Virus record (IMG/VR): IMGVR_UViG_3300012948_000003
Span: 1-64,000 of that record
Length of the DNA: 64,000 nt
From: a virus
Reading direction: 5' to 3' (one strand)
The notes beneath the pieces are model-generated. The model was not told the DNA's origin and searched no databases. It worked only from the letters and a program-made list of their open reading frames with translations. The translations under genes and the position numbers were made by a program. How positions within the stretch are numbered: the first letter of the stretch is position 1; every line of letters begins with the position of its first letter. This document shows, one piece after another, positions 57,042-64,000 of this stretch.

Positions 57042-58051
57042 ACAGCTACCTTTTCTTTTAAAAGAAAACGAGCAAGCAGCTCTGAGTCGTTAGCAGGATC
57101 GTATGTTGCTTCAAAGATATCGCGTATCGTCAAACACATTCGTTCATAGTGGTCTTCTGGCATTTCAGTGATCATCTTCGCTGCTTCCTCTACGGAATGC
57201 TTGTCGAGATCGATACAGGAGATGCCGTCGCTCCAGAAGATCGAAGCACGTTGTCCTTGATAATAGCTGGCGTGACCTATCAGGGGTCTACCTATCGCTG
57301 CCCAGCAATGCAAAACATGTCCGAATCCGTCACCTGTCGGCTTGTCGTGATAGGCCCAGTCAGCAAGCGTCATCTCTTCTGCTATTGCTGCCACTGGGGT
57401 CAGGAATCCGTCCGGGCAATCGTGACCATAAGACCGGAACATAAATTTAGGCATCAGCGCTCGAAGCCTACAGAACGGTTCCCAGCATTCCGGAATCAAT
57501 GGAAGCAGATTCAGGAACGATGTCACACGCTGCGTGTATCGCGGTGAGCGATAACGGAAAATCGAATCGGAGTCAAACTCCTGACTAATATGCAATCCAC
57601 GTCCGCCGAGAGGTATCATTGTCGAATCAAGCGCGAGTGGATCGAGCTGCCAGTTCACTGCCTGACGTGCATTACCGATATGATAGAGATACTTTGCGCC
57701 GATCTCATTTGCGAAGATACGGAACCCGAGCTGATTCTCCTGTACGGTTGCGATAACACAGTCCCACCTCATACTCCGCGCCCGACTAAGAGTAATGCCG
57801 TAGATCGGACGTTCAGGGTGGCACGAATCAAAGGTCAGGAAGATTCCGGGCTCAATCTCACGGAAAGCAGCGGTATTCAAAAACTGCTTCGCTAATCTAT
57901 CGTCACCGTATGCCTGACCAAACTTCCAGTAGTCCGCATCCCACCAATCGCGACCGACAGGCACATAGAGTCGATAATTCAGTCTGTCTTCGAAGAGCCG
58001 CTGTAATGAGTACAGCAAGTCTGCGTGATGTCTATCCGCTAGAACATTCAT
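57038..58051 (-). CDS. Glycosyltransferase-like protein (GT-B)
   Basis: DGFGHVLHCWAAIGRPLI resembles the GT4 E-x7-E region; lies in the GT cluster. Confidence 0.65.
   Translation of the reverse strand: MNVLADRHHADLLYSLQRLFEDRLNYRLYVPVGRDWWDADYWKFGQAYGDDRLAKQFLNTAAFREIEPGIFLTFDSCHPERPIYGITLSRARSMRWDCVIATVQENQLGFRIFANEIGAKYLYHIGNARQAVNWQLDPLALDSTMIPLGGRGLHISQEFDSDSIFRYRSPRYTQRVTSFLNLLPLIPECWEPFCRLRALMPKFMFRSYGHDCPDGFLTPVAAIAEEMTLADWAYHDKPTGDGFGHVLHCWAAIGRPLIGHASYYQGQRASIFWSDGISCIDLDKHSVEEAAKMITEMPEDHYERMCLTIRDIFEATYDPANDSELLARFLLKEKVAV
57051..57068. repeat. Dispersed palindrome copy 13 (perfect; FLLKE; 10 bp before the next start)
   Basis: TTTTCTTTTAAAAGAAAA. Confidence 0.95.
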
Positions 58052-59055
58052 CCTAAGAATTCCTTCCACTGCTTTGCTATGGTTTCCTTACCGAACAGCT
58101 CGATTGCACGAGCACGTTGCGCTGCGGACACCTTTGCGGAGTACTCCGATGAAGAAAGTAACTCCACCAGCATATCGTGCGCATTGGTCGGACTATTCGC
58201 CCAGTGTCGTGCTATTTCATGTCCTTCGAATAACTGCGGACTGTAAGGAAAGACCTGCATACGTAACGGACCAATAGAGACAACCGGGATACCAGTCATC
58301 ATCGCTTCTACCAAACCGAGTGTATAGGCTGCTGGCTGCGTTCCAGTGTACAAATAGGCTCGATAGAGCCGAAGCGCAGCCTTCATCTCTTGCAAGGAAA
58401 TCTCACCCGGTCCTTCAATGAACTCCGATCCCGGTCCGATTGCTTTATGAGGAAGACCACGTGTTGCTTCGTCCCAAAAGCTCCAGTTCGTAAAGGGCTC
58501 GCGCTGACGGAGCTGCTGCGTAATATTAATAACGCATTCATACTCGCCGCCGCCCCAACCTGTCCATTCATCCGGGTCCTTATAGAAACGAATCAATGCG
58601 TCACGACCAGCATAGGAAGGGATGTTTTCTTCCTTCGGCGAATAGCGCACAATCTGTAAGCCTTGCTCGCGGAACGGCTTCATCATTTTCTCGTTGTTCT
58701 CTACCGACTGCCCGACTGTTCGCCAGATCACTCGCTTGTGTTTTATGCGATCCCACTGCGGGACCAACCACGTATGTTCCCGATGGTGAATGATGATTGT
58801 CTCGCACCAGTCGAGTACCGCATCCGGGACGTGCTGCTTCGCTGCTTCGAGATTGTCAGGAGTTCTTAGTGTATCAACTACCTCCTTCAAGTCGGGATGA
58901 TAAGGCGCATCAGGTATCGCCGGGCGCTTTGGATCATGCGGCATATGCGGATTAATATAGCCTCCCAGTGAGAACACATCGTAGCCCAGCTCGGATAGAA
59001 GTTTTACCTGATCGTATTCTTCTATCGAGTGAGCCAGCATCAAGAGAACTCTCAT
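58048..59055 (-). CDS. Glycosyltransferase (GT4-like)
   Basis: LGLVEAMMTGIPVVS. Confidence 0.85.
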   Translation of the reverse strand: MRVLLMLAHSIEEYDQVKLLSELGYDVFSLGGYINPHMPHDPKRPAIPDAPYHPDLKEVVDTLRTPDNLEAAKQHVPDAVLDWCETIIIHHREHTWLVPQWDRIKHKRVIWRTVGQSVENNEKMMKPFREQGLQIVRYSPKEENIPSYAGRDALIRFYKDPDEWTGWGGGEYECVINITQQLRQREPFTNWSFWDEATRGLPHKAIGPGSEFIEGPGEISLQEMKAALRLYRAYLYTGTQPAAYTLGLVEAMMTGIPVVSIGPLRMQVFPYSPQLFEGHEIARHWANSPTNAHDMLVELLSSSEYSAKVSAAQRARAIELFGKETIAKQWKEFLG

Positions 59056-59056
59056 A

Positions 59057-60043
59057 TTATTCCTTCCAGTTGACGAGCGCTTGAAATGCGCTATCCCAGT
59101 AGTTGTAATGATCCATACCGAACGACAGGTCCTGAATAAATCGGCTGAGCGCTTGACCGTAATCGCGATGAAGTTGTTCTATGCCGCCGCGATGCGTTCG
59201 CCACGCTCGTCGCCAGAACGCGCAGCGCTTAGGGTAATCCGTGGTGTCTGTCAGGGCATCTCGCAGTCGTTGCTGGTAAACTGCTTCGGGTTGACCACTA
59301 AGAAATTGATTACCGTAGCCGGATGAAAGCGAGCCAACGTGAAACCACGGTATATTTCCCCAGTGGGTGATACACCAACCGTCAGCACGATACTGTGGTC
59401 TGTGTTCAATGCGTACGCCCATGTCTCGGAGTTGAAAACTGGCGGACACGAAGGTATCCCCACTGACAGGTTCCACGGGTACATAACCGAGACCTCCTAT
59501 TTTCTCACCCGGTTTCCAGTTACGAGCATCGAAGAAGTGATCCGTCTTCAGCAGGATGTCGCGGCTCGCAAACAGGAAGCAAGGCCAGAGCGCATGACCA
59601 GTGTCGCCTGATCCATCCGTCGTTGGCGGATCACCCCATTTACTGTTCGCCGCATCAAGTATCTGAGCACTGGCGCAAGTACGTGGACTCCCGACGACGT
59701 CGGCTCTACCGGATTCGATTATCTCGAACGCATCACGAATCGCTTCTGGTTGCCGCACGTACGCATCGTCTTCACAGAACATTACGTGATCCGCTTTGGT
59801 GTTTTCTACCAGCTCAGTGATAATCCTGCCGTGAGCTACGCGGATCGGATCGTGTCGTATCATTGTGGCATGTGGCGTTTCGGCAACCAGCTTGTACATG
59901 TAATCAATCACTTCAGGATCGGATTGACCACACATAATGACTTCGAGCTGATCGACTTCATTAGCCCAAACCTCTGCGTAGTTGCGTAGCCAGTAAGCGT
60001 TCAGGAACGGGTCCTGACCTAACGGAAGCAGCGCTGCTCTCAT
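59057..60043 (-). CDS. Glycosyltransferase (GT-A/GT2-like)
   Basis: VMFCEDDAYV DxD-like motif. Confidence 0.7.
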   Translation of the reverse strand: MRAALLPLGQDPFLNAYWLRNYAEVWANEVDQLEVIMCGQSDPEVIDYMYKLVAETPHATMIRHDPIRVAHGRIITELVENTKADHVMFCEDDAYVRQPEAIRDAFEIIESGRADVVGSPRTCASAQILDAANSKWGDPPTTDGSGDTGHALWPCFLFASRDILLKTDHFFDARNWKPGEKIGGLGYVPVEPVSGDTFVSASFQLRDMGVRIEHRPQYRADGWCITHWGNIPWFHVGSLSSGYGNQFLSGQPEAVYQQRLRDALTDTTDYPKRCAFWRRAWRTHRGGIEQLHRDYGQALSRFIQDLSFGMDHYNYWDSAFQALVNWKE

Positions 60044-60774
60044 CGTTTTATCGCCGTGAATCCACCGGGTCCTGCTTCCGGTCCATCGAATGTAATATCA
60101 TGCGAAGGCTCAAGCAGTGCTCTGAACTGATCTTGAGTTCTGCCTCCAATCGGATGCCATTCGCCGACAATGATCGACAGGTCTTTTACTGCCGGATCAA
60201 GCAACGTAGACCACTCGCCACCTTCGGAGTCGATCTTCACGAGACAGAGCGGACCATATTCTTCAACAATCGAGGCAATCGAACGACACGGAATAATGCC
60301 CTCTTCGTAAGTAAGACCTTCTCCTGCCGCATCGTACATCAGTGTCGAATTACCGACGAACGCATGATGCTCAGCATTAGTGTTTCCGCGAAACCGCCAG
60401 CGGACTTTTACCGAGTCAATGCCCGGCGCTGCTGATGCTTCGTGAAGCACCGAGACTCGATCTGTTAATCCATTGGCGTAGATATTCAGCCGGATCATCT
60501 CTGCGTTCTCGGGAACTGGCTCCTGACAGATCACTTTCAGCTTTGGATTGTCGAGCGCTAATGCAATCGCTACCGATCCGACATACGCTCCGATATCAAG
60601 CGCAGTCCCTTCCAGCGTCAGCTTACCAACGTGATATTCGTCTACTGACATTGAAGAATAAATCGTGTTCCAGTCGTTTGTATCCTTGCGGTAGTGTATC
60701 CACGCGGGATTCCACCGGGGCGTCCGGAACTCAGCAGCGGCTTGAGCATAGTAGAGACGCGGAGTTGCCGTCAT
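60040..60774 (-). CDS. FkbM-family methyltransferase
   Basis: LDIGAYVG, EPVPEN, VKIDSEGGE, GEWH. Confidence 0.9.
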   Translation of the reverse strand: MTATPRLYYAQAAAEFRTPRWNPAWIHYRKDTNDWNTIYSSMSVDEYHVGKLTLEGTALDIGAYVGSVAIALALDNPKLKVICQEPVPENAEMIRLNIYANGLTDRVSVLHEASAAPGIDSVKVRWRFRGNTNAEHHAFVGNSTLMYDAAGEGLTYEEGIIPCRSIASIVEEYGPLCLVKIDSEGGEWSTLLDPAVKDLSIIVGEWHPIGGRTQDQFRALLEPSHDITFDGPEAGPGGFTAIKR

Positions 60775-61934
60775 ACTATCCTCCCCATTGCCATCTCTCC
60801 TGCTTGATCGATACTATTCAGGAAGGGCTTCCAGTAGTGATCGCGTACATACGGTTCAGAGAGTTCCGCCTTCACGCGTTCGTACGTCCTTTGTCCCTCT
60901 TGCAGGCACTTCCGGTTCAAGTACAGCTCGCGTAATGCTTCGTAGATTCCCTTGATACTCGGGATTGCTTGCCAGCAGCCAAGCAGATTCCAGAACGGTT
61001 GGCTTGAAGGAACCTTAATACCATTGAAAAGGTATTCAGGGCTCGCGCCAAAGTCGTGAACGATGATCGGTACGCCGCAAGCCTGCGCCTCCATCTGCAT
61101 CAGACCAAACCCCTCAGCGAAGCTCGCACCGAGCAATACATCGGCACAGCGATACATCTGCGCCATCCGTCCATCTGAGAGTCCCATCGCGATATCGTAC
61201 TCAGGAGTATTCGCTGTGCAGTCTTCTAAGCCGAGACTGAGCACGAGATCGTTCATATCCAGCCCACCTTGCCCGGTCGTAGGTTGCAGCGCTGTATGCA
61301 AGAGAAGCTGTGAGTCAGGAAACTCTTTGTGAAATTCGGCGAATGCTGCCATCTGTTCCGGGAATGCTTTTCTCGACGGATAGTAGTAGTTCGCCGCAGC
61401 AATGAGCACCGTGAACTTGTCCTTGACGCCCATCTCTTCTCGCGCTGCTGTTTTATCGCCGGGACAATAGATGTCCGTATTGATCGCATGAGGAATATAC
61501 GTGCTTCGTATACCCGCTCTCGACATCTCGCGTTCTCCGAAACGAGACATCGCTAACACGTACCGCGCTTCGCTGAGAATCATCTGCAATCTGCGCGGTA
61601 CTGGAATGGAATCGACCGGGCTATAGGTGATCCACGGAACTCCAGCAAAGCTCTGAGGAAACTCTGGAGACAATGTCCATACATCATGGAATGACAGGAC
61701 CACATCGATCTTGTATGTTCGGACGTGATCTCCAACGATGTCGTGGCCCCACGGGTCTCTGAAGATCGGGAGATGTAGAATTCCGTTGATTGTTGTCGGG
61801 CCACCTTGTATTCCAAAGTGAGGCATGCATAGGACTGTGTGACCTAATTCCTGAAATGCCTTAATCAAGTATCGCGACTGACTACCGTAGCCCGTGTTGA
61901 CGTGAGCACCATTGCTCGATAAAAGTATTCGCAT
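60771..61934 (-). CDS. Glycosyltransferase (GT4)
   Basis: TGYGSQ, IPHAINT, RKAFP, EGFGLMQMEAQACGVPII. Confidence 0.92.
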   Translation of the reverse strand: MRILLSSNGAHVNTGYGSQSRYLIKAFQELGHTVLCMPHFGIQGGPTTINGILHLPIFRDPWGHDIVGDHVRTYKIDVVLSFHDVWTLSPEFPQSFAGVPWITYSPVDSIPVPRRLQMILSEARYVLAMSRFGEREMSRAGIRSTYIPHAINTDIYCPGDKTAAREEMGVKDKFTVLIAAANYYYPSRKAFPEQMAAFAEFHKEFPDSQLLLHTALQPTTGQGGLDMNDLVLSLGLEDCTANTPEYDIAMGLSDGRMAQMYRCADVLLGASFAEGFGLMQMEAQACGVPIIVHDFGASPEYLFNGIKVPSSQPFWNLLGCWQAIPSIKGIYEALRELYLNRKCLQEGQRTYERVKAELSEPYVRDHYWKPFLNSIDQAGEMAMGRIV

Positions 61935-61950
61935 AAACCTCTATTTAGGA

Positions 61951-61968
61951 GAGGGGCCGAAGCCCCTC
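61951..61968 (-). other. C(UUCG)G hairpin between genes
   Basis: GAGGGGC-TTCG-GCCCCTC; no U-tract. Confidence 0.55.
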
Positions 61969-61972
61969 CCGG

Positions 61973-62254
61973 TTAGCTGTATCTGCTTTCCAACCTGATC
62001 TGATACGTTGTCGCAGTTGTCGTGCCGGGCAGCTTCATAATCAGCTTGCTGCCAACAACCCAACAACTCGAAGGAGGGCTCCCACCGAACGACTGCACGA
62101 TAAAGTCAGTGATAGTCGTCAAGTGTCGTGCTTGAATCGTACCAGTGCCTATATCAGCAGCGAGAGCGGTGGCAGTCCAACGTTCGATTTTCCGCGAGCC
62201 TGCATAATCCGGCTGAAGCGCAGAGTCAGGAGAAATCGAAGAAGCAAAAGCCAT
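61973..62254 (-). CDS. Small putative capsid-associated protein
   Basis: GGAGGA RBS; immediately after the capsid gene. Confidence 0.6.
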   Translation of the reverse strand: MAFASSISPDSALQPDYAGSRKIERWTATALAADIGTGTIQARHLTTITDFIVQSFGGSPPSSCWVVGSKLIMKLPGTTTATTYQIRLESRYS

Positions 62255-62289
62255 AATGTTTTCCTCCAGCCCAAAGGGCAGTTGACTCC

Positions 62290-62315
62290 TTGAGGCTGGC
62301 CGAAGCCAGCCTCAA
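62290..62315 (-). other. C(UUCG)G hairpin after the capsid gene
   Basis: TTGAGGCTGGC-TTCG-GCCAGCCTCAA. Confidence 0.65.
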
Positions 62316-62323
62316 TTACCGAA

Positions 62324-63583
62324 CTACGCAAACGCGATTGCCGGGCTCGGAAGATTGGTGATGTCAGTGTTGGTAATAACCCAGTGACATCCGAATCTCG
62401 TTGCCCCGAGGTCGTACTTACAGCCAATGAACCCGGTCCATTGATCGTAGTACGTGCCGCCAGAGGTATACATTCTGGTCGTCAAACCGTCCTCAGCGTA
62501 TGCGCCGAATTTCTTCAGCTCATACACATTGATTTCGGCTGGATTGATCCCGTAGGTTCGATCCGGATCGATTGAAACGTAATCCTCCCATGCGAGGTCG
62601 CCAAACTGAACGTCCTTGAAATCCATGCGAAGGACCCCGCCTCCGCCTTCGTAACGAAGCAGGTTGTAGCCATTGCTCATGAAGCCTGCCTTGTTGGTCG
62701 GCGAAGAAAGGATCGTTGTGTTGCCTGCCTGCTCGGTCCTGTAACGGAGCGAGTAGTGAATCTCAACGAGCAGCGCAACCTGAAGACGCTGAGTTGTGGC
62801 GTTCAGCACGACAGCTTTGAGATAAGGTCTGTTCGAACGAAGCTGACCCTGAATCTCGCCGCTATCATTGTTTACGATATCAGTCAACCCGTGCGGAGCT
62901 TTTAGTGCGGAGTTCTCGTAAACGATGTAATCACCGCTCTGCCACGCGGCGTTCACTGTATCGCAAGTTACAACATTGGTGGAGCGGTTGTTGCCGCCCG
63001 GATCGGCGACTACCGAAGTACCCGCTCGGGCAACGCCAGTGGTCGGGTTAACCGCATTCAGACGAGCACCTTCTTTGATCTTGAAAGACCCAAAGGTTGA
63101 TCCGCCTGTTACGGTTGTGGAGCACGTGAAGTTGCCGTTGGAGCCCGAGGTCGGCGCTCCAGAGATGTACGCAATCGCACCAGTGCGCGTACCCGCGATC
63201 TGGAAATCGAGCGTCTTCTTCGCAGCTTCGGTCTGAAGCAAGAAGAGATCGCTGATTTTGTCGATCAACGCATCACCGCTGATATTATTGAATACATCAC
63301 CGCTGATTAAGAAGGATGTCGCATACCGAGCTGGGAACACCCGCATGTCGTTGAACTGTGGATTGTCCGCAGTTGGGAATGCGCCACCTTCACCCATGTA
63401 TCCGTCTGACGCCGGGGGACGGTCGTAGAACGGGATACGGTAACCCCGTTGATTCACTTCTATTGGTTTGCCCTTATAGAAGCGATTGTACAGTGTGTGA
63501 GCCTGCTCGAACTGTTGCTCGATCTCAGGATTCACTGCTGTACGGACAACGGCTTCAAACTGACTGAATACCATTTCGGCCAT
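62324..63583 (-). CDS. Major capsid protein
   Basis: AAGGAGA RBS before MAEMV; 419 aa; GEGGAFP N-arm, GLTDIV; lies after a scaffold-like gene and before a stable hairpin. Confidence 0.75.
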   Translation of the reverse strand: MAEMVFSQFEAVVRTAVNPEIEQQFEQAHTLYNRFYKGKPIEVNQRGYRIPFYDRPPASDGYMGEGGAFPTADNPQFNDMRVFPARYATSFLISGDVFNNISGDALIDKISDLFLLQTEAAKKTLDFQIAGTRTGAIAYISGAPTSGSNGNFTCSTTVTGGSTFGSFKIKEGARLNAVNPTTGVARAGTSVVADPGGNNRSTNVVTCDTVNAAWQSGDYIVYENSALKAPHGLTDIVNNDSGEIQGQLRSNRPYLKAVVLNATTQRLQVALLVEIHYSLRYRTEQAGNTTILSSPTNKAGFMSNGYNLLRYEGGGGVLRMDFKDVQFGDLAWEDYVSIDPDRTYGINPAEINVYELKKFGAYAEDGLTTRMYTSGGTYYDQWTGFIGCKYDLGATRFGCHWVITNTDITNLPSPAIAFA

Positions 63584-63602
63584 GATCCGTATCTCCTTAT
63601 AC

Positions 63603-64000
63603 CTAGAAACGGGGCAGACCCGGCATACCGCGATTCTGCGCTTCACGTAGTCGCGCTCGGACCGCATCGCGGGTCGCCTGAATATCTCCCGATGGAGCCG
63701 GAGGACGGTTCGTAACCGGAGGTATTGCCGTACCACCTGTTATCTCGCGCCTGCCGTGTTGTAAGTCCTTTGTCTTCTGGTCCTGCCTTTGCGTTGTCCT
63801 TCGAATCGGACCGAGTAATCGATCAGCTGCTTGCGATATCGCTTGAGCGCGATAGTTGGTGACCACCGTGAGCGCATCGAGACCCGACTTGTCCCAGCGA
63901 TCTCGATCTCTCGGGTCCTTCGCAGCTGCCGCTTGCTTGAACCACTTTTCAGCTCTCGCTGTAGCGTTTTTGTAATCCGGGTTAGCTTCCAAAGCAGCCT
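63603..64000 (-). CDS. Putative scaffolding protein (5'-truncated by the window edge)
   Basis: Helical region with Pro-rich linker and charged C-terminal helix, directly upstream of the capsid gene. Confidence 0.5.
   Translation of the reverse strand, partial: AALEANPDYKNATARAEKWFKQAAAAKDPRDRDRWDKSGLDALTVVTNYRAQAISQAADRLLGPIRRTTQRQDQKTKDLQHGRREITGGTAIPPVTNRPPAPSGDIQATRDAVRARLREAQNRGMPGLPRF

Overview
A 64-kb segment of a tailed dsDNA phage genome; no host can be assigned from sequence alone. Layout: (i) 1-3.5 kb, + strand, a peptidase/VWA gene and small ORFs; (ii) 3.5-21.4 kb, - strand, a replication/recombination block (RecA, HNH, SMC-like ATPase, SLOG protein, YqaJ exonuclease, ERF, RusA, Cas4-like nuclease, DnaB, ParB-like protein, beta-clamp); (iii) divergent sigma70-type promoters at ~21.8 kb; (iv) a short + strand unit; (v) 24.5-64 kb, - strand, a virion block (5243-aa polyvalent protein, Gly-Tyr-Thr collagen-like fibre, tail/adaptor proteins, five glycosyltransferase-like genes and an FkbM methyltransferase, major capsid). 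Three features stand out. (1) At 22482-22950, an array of 13 ~36-nt units with two alternating repeats and two 9-nt spacers per unit lies directly upstream of a nuclease-less IS110/Nop-domain protein; this matches a TIGR-Tas (TasA-type) RNA-guided system. (2) At 10432-10756 (-), two tandem circularly permuted tRNA-mimic modules follow a 243-aa gene with its own promoter, and there is no Ro60 gene in the window. (3) An AT-rich 18-bp palindrome, TTTTCTTTTAAAAGAAAA, occurs 13 times across the window, mostly next to start codons or promoters. All protein calls rest on motif recognition by eye; no database search was run.
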